From Batkoa obscura (Eukaryota): 64,000 nucleotides of DNA. Positions 1 through 18,994 of this stretch are shown here, piece by piece. The position numbers and the translations under genes were made by a program. Under the pieces are notes generated by a model that worked only from the letters and a program-made list of their open reading frames with translations, searched no databases and had not been told where the DNA came from. The stretch lies in assembly GCA_030770535.1 (NCBI GenBank), contig JASVEC010000003.1:62001-126000 (forward strand), given 5' to 3'. Every line of letters starts with the position of its first letter. Positions within the stretch are counted from its first letter, which is position 1.

Positions 1-578
1 GATTGATGAAAGTATAAAGATGTTGGATACAAGAATATAAAGACGGGTATTTGATAAGATTTTAATTGTCTTTTTATTTTGGAATAAAATTATATTAATT
101 AAAGTTGTTATTTTCAAAAAAAATTAACAATGTTAGTTTTTTATCATTTATTTAAGTATATTAAATTGTAGAATTATAAAAGATTATTAAAATAAGTTTT
201 AAATTTAGTTAGCACTGATTTAATACAACTTTATACATTGTAAAAGATAATTATAATTTAATAAAACTACATTTTATTTTACTCAAAAAAATTAAACTAT
301 TGACTATTCAAATAATAAAATATCATACTAATAATAATAAACAACATATGAATTAGAAGTATGTCTTTATATTTTATATAAAAAAATACTTTACTTATTA
401 TAAAATTAACTTTGATACTTCATATTCAATACAAAAGTTAAATAAATTAAATAACGTAAAAGATAATATTCATTAGATGTAAACTAAACTTAACCAATAA
501 AACAATTCAAAGAATCAGCTTATTTCTGTGGCAATAAATTTCTAGTCACAATCTAAAGCTTTTTAATCAACAGAAGAA

Positions 579-686
579 ATGAATATCAAAGTAACTACTC
601 AAATATATGAAGCATGCAATCAGGTGTTACAAGTATCGACAGTAGATAACAATTTAAAGAAAAAAATTGAATCAAAATTAAAATCA

Positions 687-717
<31 letters not shown>

Positions 718-1448
718 GTAATAGTAATAATAATAATGAAGAAGAGGACTTAAACATATCAATGGAATTATTGATTCAAATATCTCAATTTCTGTTGGCG
801 ATAGAAAGAAAGGATGGTAAAGATGTTAGTAAGTTGATTTAAGGATGATGTATTAAGGACTAATATGTTAATCATTTTAATTTAGCAAAAAGTAAATATT
901 GGGTACATGAGTTAGTGAGTGGAAGTTCCATTTATTTTAATAAACCAAAAACAGTTAAAAGAGTAAATTTAATAATCCTCTTCATTGTACCCCCTTTCTA
1001 ACATGTTCCTTTTCAGGATGAACAACTCGACCAGCGATTACAAGAAATAAATACTGATAATGAAAATCAAGCATATTATCGCATGGTCACAAATGTCGAT
1101 CCAACGTTTCGTTTTCAAAATGATAGAAGTAATGATAATCATCACCCATTACCTACCTTATCCGAAAATATTAAAGAAACCAATCAACAATTAACTGCTA
1201 TTGTTAACATAGCTTTAACTATAGTGGCGGTATTTGTTGCTGTTTATTGGGTATCGTACACATTCTCAAGTGATATTAGTTTGGTAAGTGTATTTTTTAT
1301 TAGGATGTTTTAATATTGATACTAATATTTTTTACTGTTATAGAGAGTTTTACTGTCTTTTTTTGCTTCTTTAACTGTCGGAGTAGCAGAAGCATTTTTA
1401 TATGTTCGGTATCTTAATAATCAAAGTAATCAATTAAGACCATTATGA
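579..1448 (+). CDS. VMA12: V-ATPase assembly factor Vma12/TMEM199 family (4 exons)
   Basis: Spliced reading gives ...YWVHELVSGSSIYFNKPK...LDQRLQEI...QAYYRMVTNVD...KETNQQLTAIVNIALTIVAVFVAVY...RVLLSFFASLTVGVAEAFLY, the Vma12/TMEM199 pattern with two C-terminal TM helices; GT-AG introns join ORFs 579 and 1083. Confidence 0.85.
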
Positions 1449-1523
1449 AAATTCAATAAAAAATGGTTTATTATTTAGAATCCGTTTGTATTTATTTATT
1501 AGAATTAAATATATATATAATAT

Positions 1524-2518
1524 TTATTGATCAATAACAGACAACTAAAAAAATAGATTGCATATTAATAAACATCATAATATAAAATAGAATAATAAAC
1601 TTACATAATTTGATGGTGCCATCCCAATTTCATTGTTAATCTTTAATACTTTCCACCAATTCCCTTGTTGATTTAGAATTTCCATAACTTCATTTTTATT
1701 AAAAGAAACTTCTTCTTTGGATTGGGCTTGATAAGAGAAATTAGCTCTTGCTCTAACATAGTTATCTGATCCACTTAAAGTGCCATTTAATTGACTTGAA
1801 TAAGCTGCATTATTTAATCCACTGCTGAATTGGGCGGGATCAAAATCATCATCTTCGTAGCTGATGTTGTTGATGGAGTTGGATACGGGACTTGTTGCTC
1901 CGCTAAAGAAATAATCGGATTGACCGCTAAGGTAATAAGATAAAGTACCTGGATTGCTGGAAACTAGGAGGAGCCAGAAGGACTAAGAAATAGGGTTAAT
2001 AAAACATAATACATAGAAATGAAACTAGGTTACTAAAACAATGATTTGAATTACAGAACCAATTAATACCATAGCTAACAATTTATCGTTTTCAACATCA
2101 CCAATACCTTCAATACGAATATGGTTGCCTAATAGCATAATAGCTAAACTTTGTAAAAAGACTAACTATTCAATTAAAAATAATATTAATAATTTGATAA
2201 ATAAGTGGTAGCTTTTAGTTGATAAGTGTTGTATTGAAATTCACTTACTTGGGATTTATAATCTTGAATCTGCCTTGATCTCACCACATAAATAGTAAAT
2301 ATAAAGGTAATTAAAGATAAAAATAAATAGATCCATGAGAAATTAAATAGCTTTAGAAAGCCAGACCCGATGATGGATAAAACCCAGCCAGACTATAAAT
2401 TTAAATTAAGATTAGCACATTAGGTTTTAATAATTTAAGGGTTATTGAACCTTACTGCTAAAAAAAATGACGATAATAACCAAAGGGTATCTGCAAAAGA
2501 TATAAAACTCAATTTCAT
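1524..2518 (-). CDS. SHO1: Sho1-like osmosensor (N-terminal TM helices plus C-terminal SH3), multi-exon
   Basis: Not in the ORF track. Minus-strand exons encode hydrophobic segments from MKLSFISFADTLWLLSSFFL onward and an SH3 domain (VRARANFSYQAQSKEEVSFNKNEVMEILNQQGNWWKVLKINNEIGMAPSNY|LSVIDQ*). Confidence 0.82.
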
Positions 2519-2801
2519 TGCTTTTTGTTTTATTATTGATTATTGAAGATTATTATTTAATTAAATTAATTAAAAGTAAATATTCGTATTTTTTAAAACT
2601 CAAATTATTGTTGTTCCTATATTTGTTCTTTTAATTCTAATTAATTAATTCACATCTTCATTCTTTCTACATAGTTACTAAATTTATTCAAATTTATTCT
2701 CAAATTTGAGATCTCATATTTCTAACCCTATTTACATAAACAACAAAACAATAAAAATTTGTCCAACATTATATAAAAATAAATTATTCAACTTTTTATT
2801 T

Positions 2802-2838
<37 letters not shown>

Positions 2839-2866
2839 TAACAACAACAATAAAATATAAACTAAA

Positions 2867-8936
<6,070 letters not shown>

Positions 8937-9471
8937 TATTAATCTTAACTTATTCAAGAAAGTTTATTTATAACTTTAGAACTAGTTTTATAAATATATA
9001 GTCGAAATCATTGGTTGATTAATGCTTAGTTATTACATCATGGGACCCTGAGATTACCCCTATCCCTTAAATACTGTGCAATAAAATTTATCATCAATGT
9101 AAAGTTGGGTTTTGTTGTATTTGTTAACTATGGATTTGTAAGAAAAATAGGTCACAATTAAGCTTTATTTGTTGACATTTACTAAATATACACATTATAA
9201 AATGCATTATTGTTGCTATTGTCAATGTGTAATTAGTATATATGCTAAGGTAAAGTTAATAAAAAGTGCTTTATAGCGTTATTTATGTCAGTTTAAAAAA
9301 TAAATAATTTATAGAATAATTTTCAAACAAAACTACGTAATTATAGCTAAAATAACTTAATAAAATTTATTTCTGCAAATATTACAACTTTAAAACATTA
9401 AATATTTTAGCAAAATTTATGTTTTTCTAAAATAATTTATGAAAAAAAAGCTTACAATTCATGACTATATT

Positions 9472-10186
9472 TTAATCTTTACTAAATAGCAACAAAAGCA
9501 ATAGACTAAGGATACTAATATAGATCCTATAACCTTCAGTTAAGAACAGTATAATTAGCCCAATATAGGGTATATATCTACTTAAATAAAAACAAATTAT
9601 AATATCGCGTAAAAAATCATACCCTTTAACTATTCCCATGATATTTTTCCTTTCCAACCAGAGTTGATTATTGTTATATAACTCTCTATCGTTGCTTAAA
9701 TTATTATCTCCTTTAGTTAGGATAAATTCTTTCGTAATAGAATTGCTAATCAATTTAGTTTAAAATTAATATAGGCTATGGTACGAAAAATTACTCTCTA
9801 TGTAAGGCAATGACTCTATGTACAATTGGATTGTTTACTGTTTTCAAATGAAATAAAACTATGTCTCCTATTTCTACACTGTCTTCAATGGGTGACAAAA
9901 ATAATAAGTCTCCTCGATTTATCCCAGGTTCCATACTTCCACTATGAATTATAAATAATTTGTTGATTTATTGATTATTAGTTTACGTTAATACAATTGC
10001 AATAGGCGAATCGGTATTTGCAAACCATATAAAGCATTTCCATAGCATTACTAGGATACAAACAACACTGATATATAGGAAAACATAGTATAAGAGCTAA
10101 ATGGATAATTAATATATCAAATTGTTAGAAAAATAGAAACCAACTTTTTTAAACGCTAGCTTAAAATTTGAGTTTAATTTAAACAT
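9472..10186 (-). CDS. SEC11: Signal peptidase catalytic subunit Sec11, divergent paralogue
   Basis: Spliced translation contains TDSPIAIVL, GSMEPGINRGDLLFL, PIVHRV, TKGDNNLSNDRELY and G|YIPYIG; catalytic Ser, His and both Asp are retained. Confidence 0.85.
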
Positions 10187-10800
10187 TCCAGAATATGCTT
10201 TTTAATTTCATTTATTTGTCAATTTTTAGTTTACCAAAATTTTGAAAAATACAGTTGGTTCATCTCAAATTGAAAATAGATAGCGATATTTTTTAAAATT
10301 ACCCATTTGGTTGGTTAATTTTTTTAAAGTGCTGCTTAAAATAAACAATTTGCATTTAAGTTTATAATGCTAAACTAGAAAATTATTTATAAATAAATGT
10401 AATCTGGTATGCTACCATTTTGATTATTATTATTACTAGTACTTGTTCTTATATTGGTAATGTGGAATGTCATTTATATAAATATATCAAAATAAAAAAT
10501 ACAAGATACACATATAATAAAAGGAAGCTAAAACAACTCAATTTATAAATCATACTTTATTAAAATGTGACAAAAATATCGATATAATTTTGGACTAAGC
10601 TTTACCAAAATTTTGGGCTAATTTTTACTTTTAACTTGAGATGAATCAGTTGTAAATATTAAAAATATCAAAGACACTTTAAATTTTTTTATCGATGTAA
10701 TAAAATCGATATTATGAGTTGGCAATTTGTATATTACCTTATGAAAAAGATATATAACTAATCATCATATCTAAAAAAAATTTATTATTTTATAAAAAAA

Positions 10801-11535
10801 ATGTTGCCAAGTATCAAAAACATTCAAAAGTTTGGGTTTAGAAAAGTAAAAAACAAATACATTTATACATTTGTACACTAAAACTATTTAAGACTGCCCT
10901 TCAATTACTTACTTTTCTGACTGTGGTATCTTCTGCTTTTATGATGTGGAAAGGACTTGCATGGTATACAAACACTGAATCTCCTGTAGTCGTTGTATTA
11001 ACGTAACCATATTTATTTTATAAACTTTTGTCAATTTAAACTCGTTCTATAGCGGAAGCATGGAGCCAGCATTTAAAAGAGGGGACTTATTATTTTTATC
11101 TTTAAATAATAGAACCCCACTTGAAATTGGAGAGATTGTAGTATATAAAGTACCATCTAAGGATATACCTATTGTTCATAGAGTATTAAAACTCCATACT
11201 AAGTAATTTATTAATTTGTTTCATTTAAGTGATTAACTAATAGGAAAAAAGGAACGATACAAAGGAAGAATTTATTTTAACAAAAGGAGATATTAATCCA
11301 GTGAACGATCGAGGCTTATATGAAAAAAACCAGATTTGGTTAGAAAGACATCATATTATTGGTAGAGTTAATGGGTAAATACTATTTGATTATTATTTGA
11401 ATTTTTGTTAATTGTTTTAGTCATCTTCCTTATATTGGTATGGTTACTATACTTTTGAACGATTATCCAAAGTTAAAGGTGGCGCTTTTGGCTATTATGG
11501 CACTCTATGTTTTTACTTCAAATGAAGAACAATAA
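10801..11535 (+). CDS. SEC11: Signal peptidase catalytic subunit Sec11, tandem copy A (5 exons)
   Basis: [21 protein letters not shown]...[25 protein letters not shown]...IPIVHRV...[14 protein letters not shown]...[11 protein letters not shown]. Confidence 0.92.
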
Positions 11536-11693
11536 AATAGGACTTCTTAGTAAATAGGAAAATAAAAAACATATTGAATAGTAACTCATTTTTACTATGA
11601 TTATTGCTAAGAAGTACATTAAGATAAGGATGCAGTACAAAAATTCATTTATTTATTAAGTATATATATTTTTTATTTATCCCAAATCTATAT

Positions 11694-11785
11694 GGTGATG
11701 TTTTTTTGTTTAAGAATTTTACTAACAATCTTTCTGCTTAAATAGTGCTTAAAAATGGAAAGTGATGAAGCCAAAAAACATCCTC
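11694..11785. mobile_element. ~95-bp MITE family copy
   Basis: GGTGATGTTTTTT...AAAAAACATCCTC terminal inverted repeats flanked by ATAT on both sides; internal sequence shared with more than 10 other copies in the window. Confidence 0.8.
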
Positions 11786-11977
11786 ATATAGTAGATTGTT
11801 TTATTTTAAAATTCACATACATCTAGATTATTTTTTACTCTATTGTAAATTAAGTTTGGATTTTTTTGTTAGCATAATGAAAATGATTATGAGTTGGCAA
11901 TTTCTGTTTTGTCATTGAAAAAAAATGATCTAAATCAAAAATTTAAATTGAGAACTCTTTATATTTTTTATTAAAAA

Positions 11978-12711
11978 ATGATTTCAAGTGTCAAAGATAT
12001 TCAGAGGATTGGGATTAGAAAAGTACGTAATTAAAATTTATAAATATATAATATTAATAAGAATTAAGACTGCCCTTCAATTACTTACTTTTCTGACTGT
12101 GGTATCTTCTGCTTTTATGATGTGGAAAGGACTTGCATGGTATACAAACACTGAATCTCCTGTAGTCGTTGTATTAACGTAACCATATTTATTTTATAAA
12201 CTTTTGTCAATTTAAACTCGTTCTATAGCGGAAGCATGGAGCCAGCATTTAAAAGAGGGGACTTATTATTTTTATCTTTAAATAATAGAACCCCACTTGA
12301 AATTGGAGAGATTGTAGTATTTAAATTACCATCTAAGGATATACCTATTGTTCATAGAGTATTAAAACTCCATACTAAGTAATTTATTAATTTGTTTCAT
12401 TTAAGTGATTAACTAATAGGAAAAAAGGAACGATACAAAGGAAGAATTTATTTTAACAAAAGGAGATGCTAATCCAGTGAACGATCGAGGCTTATATGAA
12501 AAAAACCAGATTTGGTTAGAAAGACATCATATTATTGGTAGAGTTAATGGGTAAATACTATTTGATTATTATTTGAATTTTTGTTAATTGTTTTAGTCAT
12601 CTTCCTTATATTGGTATGGTTACTATACTTTTGAACGATTATCCAAAGTTAAAGGTGGCGCTTTTGGCTATTATGGCACTCTATGTTTTTACTTCAAATG
12701 AAGAACAATAA
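11978..12711 (+). CDS. SEC11: Signal peptidase catalytic subunit Sec11, tandem copy B (5 exons)
   Basis: [19 protein letters not shown]...; exons 2-5 nearly identical to copy A at a constant 1176-bp offset. Confidence 0.92.
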
Positions 12712-13156
12712 AATAATGTACCTTGATATATATAATATACATATGGATGAATAATGAGTAGCAGTTCATTTATTATTATTACTGTTAGTAAAGTCTGCAT
12801 GTAAGGTAAAGTATGTAATACGAAATTTCATTTAGTTATTAGAATCGTGTTTTTACTTGAATAAATTTATCAACTTATAATGATTAACATATGTTATTTA
12901 AATGGCATAATAAGTTTATTTAAAGAAATTATTTTATACCTGTTAAAGCCGATAAATAAAATTAGTTAAAAATCTTGTCAATATAAGCATTATCAATAAT
13001 AATATATAGTGTGAATATAATATGATAATAGCAATAGTAAGTTTAGAAGCTAATTAAATTAAAAATAAAAAAGGCATTACAAAAGGATAATTTAATGAAG
13101 AGCTTCTCTTTTAAATCACTTTTCTCTAAAAAAATTAATACAAAATAATACAAATT

Positions 13157-14400
13157 ATGGATGATTGTGAAATAGCAGGTGATCAAATCAAAATAAGTCA
13201 AGACAGCAATACAAAACATTTAATTAAATCTGTGGCTTAGATAAAGATATTGATGTATGTTATAACAATATATATGAAAGGTAGTCAAATATGATAACTA
13301 AAGAACTCAATTTAAATAGCTAATTTCTAGTGAAGATTTTTGTAAAATTGATCATAGATACGTCAACAGAACCAACTCAAAGCTTTAGGTTATTGCCTAA
13401 ATAAGTTCCAAAACAAAGATGAAATAAAATTGGATTTTCTGTTTGAAAACTAGCTATCAAAGGAAAATGTAAGGTCTATGTCATATGGTATAACAAATCA
13501 AATTTCATTAGGAGATCCTTTTATTGAAGCACTTGTTTTAGTTTTGACTAAAAAGATAACAAACTCATTGAATTACCAACTAACAATACTAAGGATGATA
13601 GGTTTATTTGCGTTATGTGTTTGGGTATGGGTTGTTAAAAGAGCTCGGAAATTAAACCTTGAATTAATAGTCAAGAGTAATTCGCGTACTACCATGGAGT
13701 TAGCCTCCTATATTTATTTATTTTTAAGTTTATCAAACCATTTTAAAAACGGAGTTACAAACGACTATCATACAAGTATAATTAAAAAATCGAAGATGGA
13801 ATTCAATGGCTTGCAAATGGATTTAATTCATTTAATAAATATCCAAAGAAAATCAAAATATAAGTAATTGAAAAAATAAATGCAGAGCCTCAAAATAACT
13901 ATTAGTATATTATATTATCAATGCTTTGATTTGATAATAAGGACCTTTTTCTAATTGACACTATCAAGGTTGATGCCGTTTATAAATGAATTTGTATTAC
14001 ATTATCTTTTATTGAATCCCAAGATACGGATGTTATTAAGTAAAATCATGAGTCAAAAAATTGAAATTATTCTGTTTTATATGCAGTTATTAATTATGAT
14101 TTATTAAAGCTTGGAGATGTACAGTTTAATGAGGTAGATCAATTAGATATTAAGGAGTTTAGTAAATTAGTCGGTAGTTATTTTATAAGTGTTATATATA
14201 TGGAAAACGATTATTATGCTTGGATAAAAGAAATACTAATCAAAATGATCAAATATAGTAAGCGGGAATTTGATAATGGCTCAATGTTAAAAAGAATGCT
14301 TAAACTATCACTTGCATTTTTGTATTATAGTAGTTGTGATCAACAATTACTAAACTATTTAATGATTGAACAAGAAAAAGATTTGCGCTATTATACAGCA
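13157..14400 (+). pseudogene. Probable decayed protein-coding gene of unknown family
   Basis: Coding-like stretches (ORFs 13478-13867 and 14200-14445, plus upstream fragments) interrupted by in-frame stops; a MITE sits at the 3' end. No recognisable motif. Confidence 0.3.
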
Positions 14401-14403
14401 TAT

Positions 14404-14502
14404 GGGGATGTTTTTTTTTATTTCATTGCTTTTTCTATTTTTTAAGTGCTATTTGAGCGGGAAGATTGTTGGTAAAATTCTTAAACAAAAAAATATATCC
14501 CC
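14404..14502. mobile_element. MITE family copy
   Basis: ATAT-GGGGATGTTTT...AAAATATATCCCC-ATAT. Confidence 0.8.
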
Positions 14503-14908
14503 ATATCTTAATTTATTTTAGATATACTTTAAAATCCGATGATTATAGTAAACTTTGGTGAGTTATTGCTGCGTTAGATATTTTTCTTCAACCTTATAAG
14601 ATGATCTTTAATTATTTTTTGGATTTATCTATTGATTATGTAAGAAAAGAAACAAAAATTGATGCCAATGATAGCCGAATAAATGTAATAGAACAAAAAG
14701 AAAAATAATTAAAATGCTAGAGGAAGATCTTTGATGAGTTTGATTATGCTAATATACTTAACTCAGAATTAGGTAATATTTAAGGAGGCTATTTTTTGTC
14801 AACTTTTTAAATAATAATTAGCATTTCGTTAATTACTTGGTCTAAGATTACAAAAAAGTTAATGAGTTAATCCTCATCTTATCTATTTATTCCTCTATAT
14901 TAAATATT

Positions 14909-16745
14909 TCAGTCTTCTCTTTCATCTTCATCTTCATCTTGGGATAAAACACTATTGCTATTCTTACTTTCTTCAGTTCTAGCATATAAAATACCTTCCT
15001 TATTGAGATAAGTAAAGTGCTCTTTGTAACAATCTACACTTTTAATAAACTCGGCAAATCTATATAGACTAGAATCAATATTTTAACTCATAGTAAATAT
15101 AATACTTACACTTTCTCCTCCTTTTCAACTTTATAAATAGTGGGATAAATCATTTTGTGTTTAAATGCTTCCATTTCGTTCTATAAAAAATTAAATAAAG
15201 GTTGACGTTATTTAAACTACAACTTACTTCATAAGGTGTAAAACTAAGTTCTCCAAGCTCCCCGGTTTCTTGTTTATCTTTCATTTTTTTATTATAGATA
15301 TCATAAACAGGCTAAAAAAATTGAATAAATGTATAATTGAATAAACTTTAAAAATTAATTACCTTTTCTAATAATAAACCAAGACCAGGTACCTTGGGTA
15401 TGCTAATCTTAACATCACCGAATGCTTTTTGAATGATATCTATTGGTGTTTCTGAACGTACAACCATAATAACCATAGCTAATAAATATTATATTAAATA
15501 TTAATATAAATAATAACAATATAATTTACCTATCATTTTACGAATTTGGTGCATCATAAAAGATTGACCATGAACTTTTAAAGAAACCCATTCAAGACCG
15601 TCTCTAATAAAAGGTTGACTTATCTATAAAAAAAAGATTAATAAATAAATGATTTTATAACTATTATTAATTACCTTAAAAGAATGGATGAATCTATTAG
15701 AAGCCTGTTCACTAAACTGTCTTTTAATAGTAAAATTATGAAAGTTATGAGTGCCTTTATAAAGATTCAAAGCTTCTTGAATTTTTTGCAACATATCTTG
15801 GGTAAGTCTAAATTGATAAAATTCTTCAATTTCTTGAGGAGTACAAGGAGGCATATCTTTAGGGTTTGTTACATCAACTTTTGGATAGGTTTTTGGCGGT
15901 GTGAAAACATAAGTTGGTAATAAATATTCATATACCCTTGAATCACACAAGTTTTTGGCATGGAACGATTTCTGAGTTCTTACATAACCTAAAATCTTAA
16001 TTTAACTGCATTTATTAATTAAAAATTTATTACCAAAAACTTCAATCTCGTCAGGTAAGGCTTCATTAAGGTTTTCGATTGTATTATCTTCGATAATCAT
16101 TTTAAATGATACTACTTGTCCAGCTGCTGATACTCCTTTATCAGTTCTTGCTGCTCTCATAAACCCAACCTAGCTAATAAATCATTGTTTTATCACTTTT
16201 AATACTGATTTACCTTTCTAATATCGTCTGAGTTATCTTTAGAAACAGCACCAATTTTACACAGAGCGTCAAAGAGATCCTGTTCGATAGTTTTTGCGCC
16301 AGGATTTCTAATTAAACATTAATAAAAGTAATCAAACTTTATCTGATAATTCTTACACTTGCATACCCTGATAGTTGGCACCTGAAAAGCCCATAAGTAA
16401 AGCTACTTTTTTCTTTGGTTTTCTAGGTTCATCCGACTTAACACGACCTTCATTACTATGATCCCAATCTTTCATTTTGTTTTTCATAAAATTGATTCGA
16501 CGGTCTTTAGCAGTTTTAAACTTCTTTTTTTGATTTTCATTATCATCTTTTGAATCTTCATTTTGTTCAGTTTTAATTTCAGTAGTTTGCTCAACTGAGG
16601 GTGAGTTTGATTCATCTTTGGTATTATTTAATACCATATCTTTATTATCGGTAATTTGACTCATCCTATTAAAATGTATTTTTGAGTTTAAAAGCTTCCA
16701 ACTTGGATTTTTTGAACGAGTTAAGAATTTTAATAAAAAATACAT
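14909..16745 (-). CDS. PUS1: tRNA pseudouridine synthase Pus1 (TruA family), multi-exon
   Basis: [73 protein letters not shown] and [11 protein letters not shown] motifs. Confidence 0.93.
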
Positions 16746-17287
16746 TTTTTAATAAAAAGTTTTTCGAGATTTCTTTTTTATTGGCTATTATTAAAATAAA
16801 GTAACAAACTTAATATAAAAGGTGTAGCTTAATTTAATTAATATTGGATTTAATTTGGTGTGTTTTTTAACAAAGGTGGAAGGTGTGGCAGATAAACCAT
16901 TGATGAGCAACATTTTAGATAATAATTTATAATTTGAACTATTTATTGCTATTATTCCGTAACACCTCGAGTTATAATTATTTTAATATTTTTTTAAAAA
17001 TGAAGCATTTATTTGTTCATTTTACTTGAATTATTATTATTCAACATTTAAATCAAATTTCCTTTTCAATCTCTAATTCCTCATTTTAGCGAATAACCTA
17101 ACTCACCAAAATATTACATCAAAATCGATTTGAATTGATTGGTCCTTAGTGAAACATCAACCATCTCTTAGGTACTTAATTAAGCATAATAGATCATAAA
17201 GTGATTGGCTAGAGAACTATTTAAAGTAACTAAATTAAATGGATCAGAAATCCCTAAACCAAAAAAAGCATTTTTTTACTGTTTATA

Positions 17288-18994
17288 ATGGACAACCTCA
17301 ATGAAAGTAAAAATTTACCAAGTATTAGTTTGGACGTTAGTGCCTTAGATAATCGAACAGAACAACTTAAGAAAGCTCAACAAAAATTATCCTCCAATTC
17401 AAACCCTAATGCCACTCATAGAAGACATCGTAACTCATTATCAAGCTATCCAGTATTTCAAAGTAACTATCATTTAACTAAATCAAGTATTTAACTAATT
17501 GTTTAGGTGATTCTTCTTATGATCAAGAGGTTTATAATACTACTTCAAGTTCAATTCAAAGAGAGCTTTCGAATCAAGACTTCAAAGAACCTGTTAAAGC
17601 TGTTGAAAAATGGGCTAATCAATTAAATTCATCTCAACTCTTGACTTTATCATGTGTGTTATTTAAACGATTAGATGCCTCTCAAATTAATATAATTCAG
17701 AATTTGTTAAAACAATGTCATAAAGAACCAGCTTTTTTCTTTGGTGTTTTAACAAAAGCAGTTAATGACGGTAAAATCATTATTTTTATTTAATGATATA
17801 CTTATAACTTTTAAAAGAGCCTAAAAATGGCGATGAGGAAGATGACTCTATTTCAAAATTAATGTCAGCTTTAACAATAGCAGAAGCAACAAAAAAGAAA
17901 ACTTCTGGAAACCCATATAGAAAATCATTACCAGTAACTTTTGATCTCAATATGAGTAAACCACGTTATGAGCCATTTTCAATGGATATACCAGAGGATA
18001 CTGCTCAAAGTTCACCTTATTACGGTTCACGTACGCCAACATTTAATGAAGAAACCTTTAGTGGTTTACCAAAACATGATTGGCTTACATCTCAAACTAG
18101 AAATTTAACTACTATATCACCAGAAATGCCTAATAGAATTCGACCTAAATCCATGTTTGAACCAGGGCTTTTAAATGTTTCATGGAATGATGAAGAGGAT
18201 ATTACAATGAATCGTATGAGTAAAATGCAAAATGAAGTTAATTTATGGAATGCACCTATATCTCCAAGTTTTCTTAAGAATCAAAATAATTATAACCTTA
18301 ATCATTTTAATGAGTCACGAAGAACACACAATGCACTTTCTATAAATATACAACCGTAAGAAACTAATTTTTATAATAGTAAGATGAAACTAATATTTTT
18401 AGCGATAATTATATCCCAACTACTACTTATTCTGCTGGTATTCCACCTAGAAATATGTACCATCAAACTATGCCAAATACCCCAAACCCGTCAATGCTAA
18501 ATGCTAATTCCGGGTCATTTTCACCATCCAATTGGATAGGATTCAAGGATAAAAGTAAACGAAAAAGTCAAGGAGAAAATGAAGCATTTGCACAAAATGC
18601 ACGCAATATGTTTTCCAATATCCCCAATACATTTCGTAAACATCTTATGAAGCCACATAACAAAGTTGATTTTGATCTTTTACAAGGTAAATAATAATAT
18701 TATTATATTATAAATTGATTTTTAAATAATTTCAGATATACCTGCTTGGTTACGCTCCCTTCGATTACATAAATATACTGAAGCTTTTGACGGTATGGTT
18801 TGGCAAGATATTATCAAACTTACGGATGAAGAATTAAGTGAAAAAGGGATATCAGCATTAGGAGCAAGAAGGAAAATGTTAAAACATTTTGAATTAGTTA
18901 AACAAGAGCTTCAAAATAAGGTAAATATTTATTAATATTGTTTCTATTACTAACTAATTTCTAATCTATATTAATATAGAACAAAGTCAAATGA
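17288..18994 (+). CDS. VTS1: Vts1/Smaug SAM-domain RNA-binding protein
   Basis: C-terminal exon [53 protein letters not shown] is the Vts1-type SAM signature. Confidence 0.88.
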
